From Phallusia mammillata (lineage: Eukaryota): 64,000 nt of DNA. The stretch is taken from contig OZ281499.1 in assembly GCA_965637545.1 (NCBI GenBank), positions 15,252,001 to 15,316,000 on the forward strand, written 5' to 3'. The position numbers and the translations under genes are program-made. The notes beneath the pieces were generated by a model. That model saw only the letters and a list, made by a program, of their open reading frames with translations, searched no databases and was not told the origin of the DNA. Below, one piece after another: positions 1 to 13,900 of the stretch. How positions within the stretch are numbered: position 1 is the stretch's first letter; every line of letters begins with the position of its first letter.

Positions 1-1414
1 ATCGGCAAACAAAATCCTACCTTGTAAAATAATGAGAAACGCCGTCCTAGGACGTGATGTTTCCATTGGAAACTAAAATGTGAAAATGATGGTTAGTTTG
101 TTGCAAAAACACGTTTGTTAACTTGAAAAACAAAACGCTTTATAATATATAAAATTCAAAACAATAAAAATATAAAATACCTTGCTAAATCGGCAATCTC
201 AAAACTTCGAACTTAGAGAAGAAATCAAGCCCGTCTCGTTAAAGTTTCAGAACGGACTAAACAATTATTCTTGACATCGCTGGGAACCGGCACTGATATC
301 AGTGCATGACACAGCGGTTCCGTCGTCATTGAAAAGGAAACAAAATCATTCGCTCTATCATAATTATTTAAATATCATTTCCAGAAGTTCCGCTGACTAA
401 TTCGGACTCTTGCAAAATCCACATTGCGCAACATGCAAAAGACTATGCTGTTAAATTCCAATTGAATAGTTGTGAAGCAACAACGTTTTTTTTTGTATAT
501 TTGTGTATTTCCTACAAACAGTATTGGAGCATAAGTAACCGCACAGTTCATATCAGTTAACTTTACAGTCACGTCTTTGTTGGCGCTCTTACAAGTCCAA
601 AAAACTAATAAATTTCGATTGAGTTTAGTGCTTTTGGGGACGGTTGCTTTACAGCAAAGCGATGCAAAAGACGCACCAATTAAAGCGATAAACAGCGCAC
701 TAAGTGATGTTAAGGTGCATCAAGCGATAAAAGGTAGACTGAATGATTTCAATGGGCACCAAATGATCCTGTATATTTTAGTCACCCCTCTTTTTATAGC
801 ACTGTGTTGGATAATGTACGTGTGTTAGTGCGCTTAATTTTCATAATTATGCAATAGGCTATAGTTAAAAACAGCTTTTCAAAATGGAGCAAGACTGGGT
901 TACTTTTGCATATGCCTGTATACTTATCACGTAACCTTGTTAAATATAATAATCCATTTAGTCTCTGTTGTTTAGATTCGAAAAATAGACATAAGAATAG
1001 GTAAGTGCAACACGTTTTTAAAGAGGAATACATGGACTTGTCCATTTCAAAAGGGTAAGAAATAGGCTTATTGTTGTCATCGTGAAATTGATATCACTCT
1101 TTTTCAAAACACAAAAATATTAGAAGTAAACACCAGCAATTATTTCTTGTCATCGACTGCGTTAAAAAGGTTACAATAACGTTTTTACAGGACACCTAAT
1201 CATACCAGATTAGGGTACAACTAAAGATTTTTAATCGCAAGACTTTAAATGGCACTTGTTCATTTATTTACCTACCAAAACTCGTTTTTGTCCTCTAAGC
1301 AAAATGCTTTGCCCATGAGTAGTGACAAATACAACCTAATTGTATTTCTGCGCCTCAAAGCAAACAATAAAACGAATATGAAAACTGCACTGTTTGTTGT
1401 GAAACCCGCTAAAC

Positions 1415-1834
1415 CAGCGGTTCCCAAACTTTTTCATATTTTTTTCAAAACGGTCCCTTTGCCATTATTTTGAGGGCTCGCGGTCCTTGAGCCTAAATGT
1501 GTATTTCATAAAAACGAAAGTTGATTTCAGGATTTTAGCTAGTTATGCAAAATTTCGCATAAAAGTCATCCAAACACAGCTTGTGACATCACAGACAAGA
1601 CAAATGCACTACAATTGTGCGCGAACAATTACATTTTTGATAGTTGTCATTCAATAAAGGCTATTGTTAAGCAATGGAGACAGTTGATTCTCAATTCTAC
1701 TTGGATTTAAACTTATTTAGTGGCACAAACTGACGCCAAATAAGATTATAGAATTACTTAAACCGCTTCGCGGTCCCCCCAAAATTGCCTCAGGGACCCC
1801 TAAAGGACCGCGGACCCCAGTTTGGGAACCGCTG
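1415..1834. mobile_element. Non-autonomous hAT MITE (420 bp)
   Basis: Perfect 16-bp TIR CAGCGGTTCCCAAACT / AGTTTGGGAACCGCTG. Perfect 8-bp TSD CGCTAAAC (1407-1414, 1835-1842). Subterminal cgcggtcc/ggaccgcg motifs. Confidence 0.93.
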
Positions 1835-2403
1835 CGCTAAACGATAGCTATTCTTCAATTGTTTGTAATAGTTTTATTAAAAAAATTATCCCAAACCCGA
1901 ACAAAAACAGTTGATAAAGTAACAAGAAAGTAACCTGATGTCATTTAGGATGTAGCGGATGAATACTAAACACCAATATGAAGGACTTGACCCAATTCCC
2001 AATCTTCCTTTGTTTACTTTCTTGTAGCAGTTAAGTAAATAACTTTAAATGTGTTGCGAAATGATGATCAGGAAGACATTTTCGGTGCAACAACAGGTAA
2101 GTTGTATTTCATATGATTTAGTTCAGTCATGGATACATTAAATCATTGTACAGCACCCTGTGGGTGCTGCCAAGTTGTGTCACAATTTGGCCCATGTGGT
2201 CTGTTATATATCAGTGCTTTGGCCCTTCTGTTTTTTTCACGTTGCTTAGTTTTTAAAGTAATCTGGTTAATATCAGTGCTGGCTTAGGTTTTTTAAAATA
2301 CCGTTTATTCACCAAATTAGTAAACCCATTTACACTGCAACAACAGAGTTTGGCTTATTCCTCTAAAGTTGGGCACATTTCAAAAGCAAATCATAGTGTA
2401 GAC

Positions 2404-3014
2404 CAGTGTTTCTCAACCTGGGGGTCGCGACCCCCAAAGGGGTCGCCAAGCACTTTTGAGGGGGTCGCGAAGACGCAACTCAACTCGGAATGATTTTATC
2501 AGTAGCATAAAAACTTTCCCTGTGACTTCTGTTTAGCATAGTAACTCACACGATTGTTTGACCTACAACGGGCGCAACAGGAAACTTGGCCGAATGGCCT
2601 GGCGCGCCTGACCCATGTACAAAACCTGATCGGGTTTCTTCCCGCGGAGTATCCTGGGTTCGAATCCCGTGAACGACAAAGGGCAATTTTCAGTTCTCGG
2701 ACTGCCGCCTGATTGTCACGGGCGCAACAATATTTGCGATTGTAGCCTAAACTTCTATAATTGCAGTTTTTGGCTTTTCTTAACATAAAAAACACGAAAT
2801 AGTGAAATGGTTAGTGAAAATGAGCCACAAACACAATTTTAAGGGTTTTCTTGAGTACAGCAAAACTATCGGAGCCACGTTAGATTGCAAATGTGTGATG
2901 ACACAATCAACACATTCTGGTAGTTAAACTTCTTGTGTGCGTGTATAAAGGGGTCGCGTTGTGTTAGAAAATCTCTGAAGGGGGTCGCATAGCAAAAAAG
3001 GTTGAGAACCACTG
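2404..3014. mobile_element. Non-autonomous hAT MITE (611 bp) with nested insertion
   Basis: TIR CAGTGTTTCTCAACCT / AGGTTGAGAACCACTG. Perfect 8-bp TSD GTGTAGAC (2396-2403, 3015-3022). Repeated subterminal GGGGTCGC. Confidence 0.93.
2580..2717 (+). mobile_element. tRNA-derived SINE-like insertion inside the hAT MITE
   Basis: A box TGGCCGAATGG (2587-2597) and B box GGTTCGAATCC (2657-2667). Flanked by the 12-bp direct repeat ACGGGCGCAACA (2568-2579, 2718-2729). The insert starts 7 nt before the A-box T, i.e. at tRNA position +1. Confidence 0.7.
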
Positions 3015-4210
3015 GTGTAGACTGTGGAGTGTTCGGAAATCACTTGTTCCTGATTAAACCCTTATTAAAGTATAACAACTAATTCGTTGTTTGTATTTCC
3101 AGTTAAATTTAGCATCACAAAAAAGGTTCGTATTGTGGCGTCACAAAAGTAACTTCATTTAAATTGTAAATGCATGATTTTTTTGTTTTATTGACACATT
3201 ATTAGACTTGCCAGCATGGGCGGTTGTAATCATTGCAAGGTGACCTTCTGGGACCTAAACAAACTATACAAACGGATATCAAAACACTGCTCGTTTCTTT
3301 AGCAACCTGTTTTAAATATCGATTCTCGTAAATTGACACCTATGTCTTTTTTTGTTACATTTTTTACAGTTTGGTTTTTTCTAACCTTCCTGTCATGGGT
3401 GTTGATTGTGTCACATGCGTAAACAGTCGTTTTTCCAGATCACACAGTTCGTTGTTTTTAAAAACACATTCCACATGACCAATGTGATGTGACTTTACCA
3501 AATAAGGACTACGAAGTTATGGATGTATGTTATCTTTCAGGTTAGTAAATGCACGCCCCAAAAGTAAAATCCTCTATTGAAAAGGACTTTATTGCTGGGC
3601 AATTATAACTTGTACTTTAAATGTGACTGTTGTTTAGTTTAAATTTAGATTTTATGTCAGTTTGCTTTTCCTTCTGCTATATTGCGGATTAGCGGGTCTG
3701 AAATATGAAAAACACGACGGCTTGTTTGTGGGCTATGTATTCCATTCACCATTAGACGACAATCGACGGTTCCATCAAACTTAGGTTTAACACCAACGCA
3801 CAACCCACAAGTTTTGTGATGCAGCAGAAAAATAAAAGATAGATCATACAACTTTTCGCATGAGCGCCAAATGTATATTGAAAATTTTGGCAAAGATTCA
3901 TGTTGTTATTTCCTGGTTTTGTCTGCCGTTTACTGAAAAAATTAATAAGATTCAAGATGTTTGGTAGTCTACTTTATAGCGCTCAACGAAAATCTATATA
4001 ATCAGAGGATTAAATGCGATTAAATATGGCAAAAATAAAAAGTTGACAAAACTCGGGTCGGTTCGTTTCCGCGGTCATTGAACGAAAAACGGGTTGGCAC
4101 AAAAGTTGATTACGCATTTCATAGAAAGTAAAACTAAAGTTCCGAAATCTGGTGAGTTCGTTTCCAGTCCGTCTAGGTTAAATCATCATTTGTTTTCAGG
4201 GTACTGATTT

Positions 4211-4956
4211 CTATTGTTTGCACTCGGTTTCATGACAACCGCATTCGACGACGAAATCGTATTCGAAGTTATAGGCTAGTCCGTCAGTGCAGGATAGCTC
4301 AACGGTCTCGGGACGAGTGTGAATGGGGTGGCAGCAACGACACGATAAGTCGAAGTCACCGGTTTCACTACAAGATACACATAGTTAAACATGTGAGGCT
4401 CTTATCTACATATCCAACTTCACCATTGTTAAGCTTTAATCGTTTTTTAGCTTGCAAAGCTTTCCTCATAATTCACAACACTTTCTGAGGATAATTCTTT
4501 TTTAAATTAGATAAATAGGGGAATCATAAATACACAAAAAACGTAAACTTTTTTCTGGTACACTACCAGGCTATGCAGCGGTCGAGGTACCACATTTTCG
4601 ATTTCGACATGTTAGAAAGTCATGACTAGTGATCTGATAGGCAAAATGTCTGTACATGTATATTTAAGCAGTGTCGAAATGCTTTTAAGCAGATGTGAAG
4701 TTTTTACATAATTACTAAGATAATAAAATAAAACGACAATTTTTTGCAAGGTGAAAACTTACACATTGTAAGCAGACGTTGTCTTGCAAGATCCCACGCA
4801 TGTCGGGACGTTGACCTTGTCACTTGAAGTGCACGTGATATCAGGCCGTGTTGGTGGCGTTACTGTAATTATCTCATCGGTATCTTCGGGCGTGCACATC
4901 TTACAGGCTTGGCAGCACCCTTCGCTTGCAGTGGTGGGGAAGAGTTGACCACCAGC
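4211..4956 (-). CDS. C-terminal cystine knot (CTCK) exons
   Basis: Exons 4763-4956 and 4211-4367 give KMC...ITC...VNVPTCVGSCKT...SCRCCHP...VELSCTDG...YDFVVECGCHETECKQ*. The 11 Cys match VWF/mucin CK domains. Confidence 0.92.
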
Positions 4957-7900
4957 CTAACGAAATAATGTGTTAAGTGTTTGCATCACGCCTTTGACGA
5001 GTGTCGTGTCTAACAGATTTACCTTACTGCACTCTTCTGCGTCAACAGGTTCACACGTATATTTGTCGCTGGTCTTGATATATGGACAGTTAGACTCAAA
5101 CTGAAGACACTCCAGCACACTGCAATGATCATCATTTGACGACCATTTTGAGCCCACCTGTGCAAGTGTACATTAAATACGATTTAGAAATCAAGATTTT
5201 TTTTTCAGTTAGTATAGTCCAGGATAGAAAAAAAACTAATACGAAAATATGATTTCTTTATATATATGATTGTAACTTACATTTTGTTCAATAGGGAATA
5301 GATAAACATTACTTAAAAAACATACGCGAAACATACCGGATACGCGACTCCTTCCAATGCACAGCTATCGCATTTGCAGTAGTATTCGGGACAACACTGG
5401 TCCACCGTGTTGTTTCGAATCGCCTTGTAGCCCACTGGGCACGTAAAGTTGGAAGAGGGACATTCGTTGAAAAGAACGTTGACTGGTTTACACTTGCACT
5501 CGTACCTAAGCAAAAATTAAATCATCACAATACTGTTACAAACAAAATACATCATAAAACACATTATAATTATTTCATTAAAAGTCTATATCACCGCACA
5601 AATTCACTTACACCGGGCAACATCCATCATATGTTCCAGTATTTATAGCCTCCTCGTATTCTCCACAATTGCCTACAGTACAACACGATTTATCCTTGCA
5701 AACCACCTTCGATTCCGGGCAACAATTTTGGTTTGGGTTTTCATCATTTGTCTTTGGTACAATCGTCTCGCAGAGTTGGAGATCATTTGGATCGGGTTCT
5801 TGATAGTCGCGGCAGTCTTTGCAAACGCAACTGTAACTTGGGCAGCACGGATGATCAGATTTTGACTCCACTTTTTCCTTTCCATACTCACAAACCGTCT
5901 GCGCACCTTCACACCTGTAGAACTGAGATTCGTTGCAAACTATTTCAACCAACGGGCAGCATGCTTGGTTCGGGTTCTCTTCGAGAGTTAGGCTTCGCTT
6001 AACCTCGTACCATTCTGGGTCTCGAACATCCTCCGGTTTAACGTAGTCCGGTCCACAGTCTTCGCAGCCACACTCATAGGTAGGACAACAAACAGATGAA
6101 TGGTACGTCGGAGTGGCCTCATAATAGGTGTTACATTCTTGTGGTTCTGGGCAGGTTACAGCCCGTTGCTGGAAATCGTGTGAACAGGCGCCACTGATTA
6201 TCTTTTTAACGCACACCAGCACAGTACATGGATTTTCGGTCGTCACAATTGCTCCCAAAGGATAACTCTCGCTTTCGTGTTCACAGTTTGGTGGAATAAG
6301 AGTGACTACGAAGCACAAATCGGCTCCTCGTTGGTTGCTGCAGCGATATTGCACACATGGGTCTTCGGGATCTGTCCAAGTATCGTCTAAATTGTAAGTG
6401 TCTTCCCCATGGCGACAAACGTTACAAACACACCTTTCACGTCTGCAGCAGTTTAGTTCGTGCGCACATCCGTAATCGCCATCCACGTAATCGTCATCGA
6501 TTACCTTCTTGTAACCTTCATCACAATTAACGACAGGACACGCGCTCGACTTGCACTCAATCGTGTGAGTGGAGCAACAGTCTTCATAAACAGTGTAGAC
6601 CTGTTGCAGTGTGCAAACCGTGGGCGTTGGGTTGTAGGGACAAGACACTCTCGAACAGGTGTAACTTTCGCACGTAGGTACACAATCTCCCTTTCCTGAA
6701 TGGAAACCAGTGGAGGTTGCTTCATAGCAAGTGTCACACGTTGGTTTGGGAGGGCATAAGGTCGGATCGTTAACGCATTTTGAATCTTTAACACAACCAC
6801 AGGCGTCTCGTTCTGTGACTTCAGGTCGGCAACCAGGCTTCGACGCACATTCTTCTACGTCGGGATTAACCACACATTCAAGCGCTTCGGGACATCTGCA
6901 GTAGTTGGTCGGACACACGGTTCCCCTTTTAAATACTTCCTCCGGAGGTTCACAAGTCAGAGTGGCGTTTGCGTCAGGTGGGCAAACACATTCGTAAGTA
7001 TTGCAGCAAGCGCCGGTCTGGCCCGATATCTGGTGTTCTTGTGGAGGTTCGCACACAGGTTTAGCTGGGCAAAGGTCTGTATCGCATACACAGGAATACG
7101 ATGGACAACAGCCAACATCAAATGTTTTTCTTTGTCTTTTGTATTCGACTAGACATGTTTTGTTGTATGGTGAACACGTTTCACTTGACTCCACATCCTC
7201 TTTGCATACGCGCTCATATTCTGGACAACATTCATGACTATCTTCCTTGCGAACTACCTCCTCACCGGTTTGAAGAAGTGCTGCCACTTGATCATATGTT
7301 TCATAACTGGATCCACAACAGCTTGTATCGTTTGCACAGACTAAATAGGACGCAGGACAGCATTCCTGAATCGGGTTTTCCTCTACAGTTTTGTTTATTC
7401 GGATGTAACATTGATGGTCCGATGGTGGATTAAACAGCTTGGTGTTGCACTCGGGTTTACACACACAAATATATGACGGGCAGCATTCCGTTTTGTCATT
7501 GGTTCGAAGGCGTTCTTTGCCAATCGGACACGAGGTATTCCATTCGGGACAGGCCTGCGACAAGACCTCAGGACCAGCACAGTCGTATTTTGAACGCGGA
7601 CAACACACCTGATTAGGGTTTTCGTCCAAAGTTTGATTAACAACTACCTGGTATTCCGTCTCATTGCCTCCAGGTAAGGTAGAATAGTCGGTATCACATG
7701 GTTTGCACAGACAAGTGATTTTAGGGCAACAAACGCCAGGTAGATGTTCCACTTGTTTAGTTTGGAAAACATTGCAGTGCGCCGTTGGCGGACAAACTTC
7801 GATATCATCTACGAATGACGTTTCGCAGTGAGGTGAAATTCGACAAACCAAAGATTTACAAGGATCATTGGGCACTGGTAGTTTCGCTCCAATGCCAACA

Positions 7901-10900
7901 ATAACTTCAGTTCCGTTTTCTGAGGTATGTGTGCAATATGGATCACGTTCCGAAATTGAGTGACATTCGCCGTCCCAATCTCCCGTACACATTAGGACGT
8001 TGCAAGAGCCGGTAGCTATCCACTGTTCACCTACTTTGTAAGGAGTTTCTTTGTAGAAACAAACGTCGCAGACACACTTTTCTTTTGGGCAACAATCGAG
8101 GCCGGGCGCACAGGTAAGATCATTACTCCAGAATTCATCAGTAAGTTCTGCATGATAACCTTCTTTGCATTTCTCTCGCGGACATTTAGTTGAGTGGCAA
8201 ATGATTTCGGTCACTGGGCAGCATGGGTCAGAATTGTTTGCTGAAATAGTGTTAAATATGCAAATCGGAGGCAACTTCTGTTTTGGTGGGCATGAATTGC
8301 GTTTGCACTTGTATAAATTGCACGTAGAATTACAATCTCCAACAACAAGCTTGGTTGCAACAACCACAGCAGAGTAACAGTCAGGACAGTTTGGCGGATC
8401 GTCGCATGGTGCTGGATCACCAACACATGTCGAGTTAATTGCACATCCACATTCATCTCTGGCGTCCACAACCGCACGACAACCAGGTTTGTCGGTACAA
8501 TCAATTGTGGCTTCCTTCGGGCAATCATCCGGACATCTGCATTGTTTCTGCGGACATTCTGTTTCAGTGTAGGCTTCAACTTTTGGAGCGGTGCATACAA
8601 GATCTTCAGTGGGATCAGGTGGACAAATGCATGTGTATGTTGTGCAACACTCTCCATCACCCCGTGAACTACTAAGGACCTTATTTCCAGTGCAAACTGG
8701 CGAAGCATCACAAAGATCCAAGTCACAAATGCACGAGTAAGATGGGCAACATCCGTTGTCTTCACTATCACGACTAGATTTGTATCCTGTTTCACAGACT
8801 GGATAAGTTGAAGTGCACTTGGGATCGGTTGCCCCATTTGGATCGCAAATCTTTTCGTATTCTTGACAGCATTCTGTAGCTGGACTCTTAGGAATAACAA
8901 TCTCGGCTGTTTCCAATTGACTTTCTAATTCTTCCTTTGTCACATAATCGTCACCGCATTCTGGACACACACATTTATATGAGGGGCAGCAAATGAAATC
9001 CAAATCATCTTCGGGCCCGGGAGAAGACTGAACAACTTTGGGAGACGGACAAGCTTCTTTAACTGCTGCATACTGCGGGCAGCTGGCAGCCAGTTGCCCA
9101 GGTGGATAGCAAACACATCTACCTAAACAACCAGACGTGTCGTACTCAGGATCTGGTACCTGGCCTGGTAATGTACAAGTTCCATCAGGAGAGGGTTTTA
9201 CTTGTGGTAAATCGTATTCATCTGGATATTGGTTTGGATCACACACACAAGATTGAAGTGGACAACATTCATTATCTTCGTTTTCTGACTCCGATAACTT
9301 TTTGTACTCTGGACAATAATCAATCTCTCCTTCACATATAACACCGACACAAGTGCAGTCGTATGATGAACAACATTTATCATTGTGCGAGCCAGATTCT
9401 GATGGCGGATGTGTTTGTAGTTTTTTGTACTCGCAATCAGGTACCGCAGCACAAGCCGCATAATTGCAAACACATGTATATTGAGGACAACATTCTGTTT
9501 CGTCATTAGTCCTCTGCCGAATGTAACCATACTCGCAAGTAAAGTCGGACCACTGATCACATTCTTCTTGTAGTTCAAGATTTGGTTTACAAACGCAACT
9601 TCCTATTGGACAACACAGATTTTCGTCTTCGGGTGCATACTCAGTGACAAATTTCTTGTATTTTTCGCAAGGCAGTGATGGGGAAATGTACTCTGGACAT
9701 GTCTTGGGGCGACATTGATAGACATTGCAATCTGCATCACATTCATAAGTTCCGGGAATAGATTTGGTTGTCGATAATTCGTGACAGTCACCACATATAG
9801 TAGGATCTGGACAAAGTTGTGGATCGGGAACACATTCCGATGACTCGACGCAACCACAGTCAGCAGCAGATGCGTAGTTTAATTTTACTTTACATCCAGG
9901 ACTATGTGTGCAGTTGGCATCAACATGTGGACAATCACAAACACATGTAGGTTTAGGACATTCTCCTTCGGTGTATATAATTACTTCGTATTTCCCTTCA
10001 CATATAGGCTTATCATATTTTGGACAAACGCACTTGACTTCAGGGCAGCAGTAACCAGGTTGATCGACATATTGTGCACTCTTTTGACCTTCGCATACCT
10101 TAGTTGGACACGTGTTTTGCTGATAGTAGGCCTGATAAGTTTCACAGTTGGTGTTGGTAGCTGCGTTGTACTCTGCACAGACGTAAACACCACAACCATC
10201 CTCAGATGGAACTGTTGTTCCTGGTTTGATCGGTTTGCTGTTGACCGGATTGCGACAGAGAGGGCAGCACACTAAGTAAAATACATATCTGTCATTGCAA
10301 AATCAGTACAACTATGACACTTGTAAGCTTATTATTTACCGCATTCATCAGTGTAGGTCTGACACCCACATTCATCAACTCCATCCTCCACTGGTGCGTA
10401 ATTATTGCCTTCCTCACAAACTGGTGGAGCTGGACAGTTGCAACCTGGAAATGGGATGAAATTGATTATAAAAGCTTGATTGTCATGTATTTCATAGTAA
10501 GCTGGTTGCTAACTTTCAGAAAAAGTAGAAACACTTTTGAATGTCGAAATCGACGAACTTCTTACAAATCATCAGAACAAAGAAAGTTTATGGCGCTTTT
10601 AAGGATGTTTGTAATGTGTAACAATATGTATGTAAATAACAATACGTAAAGGTAAATTTTAAACTTTTGTTATGTTTTAAACAACCAGTGCTTACATTCC
10701 TCTTTGATGCATTCTTTATTTTCATCACTGCGATACACGTAACCGTCTGGACAAGTACACGCCGAGACCGGTACATTGGTGCAGATAGTTGGGTCCTGCA
10801 AAAATGTTAATTTAGACATTTTATACTTTTAGTCATGAGGATTTTTCTCACCTGTGTTGTGAGATTAAAACAACTTTTACTTGCGGTGCAAGAGTCAATG

Positions 10901-13900
10901 CACTCACGGTAGACTTCAATTCCGGTGCAACTTACGTTACCTGCGGACAAATAATTAACATATATGCATTTTTGCAAAGGTATATCAGTAAATTGTAATC
11001 ATAAGTACCTTCGTCGCAGTCCAAGGCCTTTTGGTAATTGCCACAACTGCCTTTGTTTCTACATTGGGTGACATGTTGCTGAATGAAACGCGATGTGCAA
11101 ACGTTACATTGCGCTTCGACAGCTGATGCAGTCTCATTGTCAAAAAAGCACTGCTCCTGACTACACAGTTCACGCAGTTCCGTTAGGTTAGCCCCTTGGT
11201 GACAGTCGTCTGAAAACAAATTTTCTAATAAAAAGAAGCCAAGGATTTTTAATTAAGGCACATAAACAAACAGGTTACCGAAAACGGGGTCGTTCAAAGC
11301 ATCACATGGGTCGCTGTATCCGAAGTACGAGCAATTTCGACAAACAATGCACGGACTGACTGTTTGACATCTTTCCTCGTCACAAGTGTTGCCATATCCA
11401 CACGGAGGAAGACAAGTTGAATCTTGTTGGTAATCAGTGACGACAACAGGGTCAAACGTCGGACATTCGTATTCAGGTCCATCCCCACAATTACCTGAAA
11501 ATTTTCGAAGTAACATTGCAAGCCATCTACATTATAGGCTTCAAGCACAAAAGAAAGGGTGGAATGAAAAAAAATAATCTTACCGCACAATCCCATTGTT
11601 CCGGTGCTTCGCGCAGATAAGAACAGGTCAATGACGCCCACAGCATTGACATTTCGTCCGATGTCAGGATTTCGATAGTAAATTACAGTACTTTCCTCCT
11701 TGAGCCACAATACGACGTAAACAACATATTTAATAGAGCCACGGTTTACTGTGCCTCGGTATATGTGGACGCCGTAGTTGTGATATTCCTTGACTTCGTT
11801 TCCATTCAACAAAACCTGCACACCGTACACACAATTTAAGTAATGTATATTAAACCGCTTTAATCATCCAAATAACCTACTTTTCCTGTTGTTGGAAATA
11901 GTTCGAAGCGATTTTTCTTGTAACGAATAGTCAGCTTTTTGTAGCACAGTTGGTTAGATGTGTATGTTCCACTTGGTAAAAGTTGTGCGCAATGAGCTTG
12001 CTCCACCAACACCTCGAATCGATCACTTTCAATATCCTTTATACAGAAATCTTAGATAATGTCCTATTGTAGAAATAAGTAGAAACTACCAACCCTTGTT
12101 AAAAGATACGTGCAATTGCCAACTAGGTTAAATTGCTGTCGACAGCGATATCTCCAGGAATTTGATGTTCCGAGGTCTCGGCATTTGCCTATCAGAGCAT
12201 GTGACAAGTAACAATTTAAAGTTGCCTTATGGAGTAGTTCAGTTACTTACAGATGCATTTATATTCGTCACAGCAACTTGTGTTTGAAGCAAAAACCTTT
12301 TCTTGGTCGTAGCTGCAAGTTACATTTGCGCATGTCTTGTCAACTGGAAGGGATAAAAATTGGTGACGCCATTTAAACAACTAGGGAAATCAGAAAATAA
12401 AGCTTAAACCTCACCGCATTGGTATACGGGGCCACAGCAAGGATCATCACGCACGAGTTCTTTCTCTTGACATTCTCCGCATGTAACTTCATCTTCGCAT
12501 TCGAATTTTTCTTCCCTCTCTTTTTCCGGACACTTGTTCGCTTCTCGTTGGACGATTTTGATTTTGTAGCACTCGGGATTCTCAGGATCATCATACTCGT
12601 AACCGACCTACGTTGTAAAAAATGAACTGGTTGAACAAATAAACTAAACGACCGAACAACAACAAAGTTAAAATAGAAATAGGAAACGTTTTGCTTGTCA
12701 CAAACGCTTTAGTCGAGATAATGTGTAAGATTTATTTTACAACAAGACCAACCGATTGTAGACTTCCGTTGATGTCCGCATATTTGCATTCTGTTCACAA
12801 AACAAAATATTTCATTAGTTCAAAGTATGACCGTATCATAAATGTTTGCAGAATTACGTTTAATACAAAGCTATGTGTTTGTTAGTATTGTTACATTACT
12901 CGTCCACTTACCACAGTAATAATATTTGCAGCATTTATCGTCTATGGTAGTGTTCTCTATTTTCACATATTGACGATTGGGACATTCGGTCCCATCTGGA
13001 CAACTTGTATCGCCATCGTAGGATGTTTCGAACACATTAGTTGACGTGTTTTGCAGGCAAGAATAGTACGAACAATCATCTTCCCATTTCTCATCCGGCT
13101 AAAAAAATTAAATTACCTAGTGCATATAACAAGATTCAGTGGTTCTGAAAATAAATGACCATACCTCATAATATTTCCCTTTGTACATGCAACGTACGCT
13201 TTCTGTAATGACAAAAAGTGTAATGGTTATCAAAATTAACATCAACAACTTGAAAGGGGTTTGCATCCCACCAAAAATCATTTGAAATAACACTCATCAA
13301 ATACAAACAAGAAATGTGCTACTTACTACACTCAGTCTCATTGCAACATTGATTTACACCGTCAGCTACACTGACAATCGTCAACTCCTCTGTAGAATCG
13401 CACTTGTTTTGTTCGCATTTGGAATAGTCACACACTGAAAAAATAATCGTTTTTGTGTTTTAAAAACAAAATGCCAATGGTAGCACAACAAAAAATTAAC
13501 TAAGTAAAACATACCACAGTCATAGGCAGGACAACATCCGTATGATCCATCAGCCAAGCCCAAATATTGTCGTTTTTGATCACTCCGACAAGTGAAATCA
13601 AACCATTGGTCACATACTTCCTCTAGACCCGCACTTTGTTTACACTCGCAACCATATCTGTCACAACATTTGCCGGTGTCTTCGTTCGAGTAATGCTGAG
13701 TCTGTTGTTGATATTTCGAACAGGATGGAGCATCGTAGACAGGACACGGGTCTTTTTGACATTGGTACTTGGGACAGGTTGAGTTGCAATCGCCAACGAC
13801 TATCACAGTGTCGACTTGGATGGATGAATAACAAGTCGGGCAATTAGGTGGATCATCGCAAGGTGCTGGATCTCCAACACATGTCGAGTTAATTGCACAT

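Noticed and set aside
283-321. Perfect 16-bp palindrome GCACTGATATCAGTGC (290-305) inside GGAACCG...CGGTTCC; ATATCAGTGC recurs near 2208 and 2270
   Set aside because: Too short and lacking context (no TSD or array) to separate from chance or a decayed MITE remnant.
577-3560. Scattered plus-strand exon-like pieces (e.g. EDIFGATT at about 2071-2096, LPAWAVVIIA at about 3207-3240) suggesting the 3' end of a neighbouring membrane-protein gene
   Set aside because: I could not build a phase-consistent model with good acceptors or recognise any homology, so it is not supportable from sequence alone.
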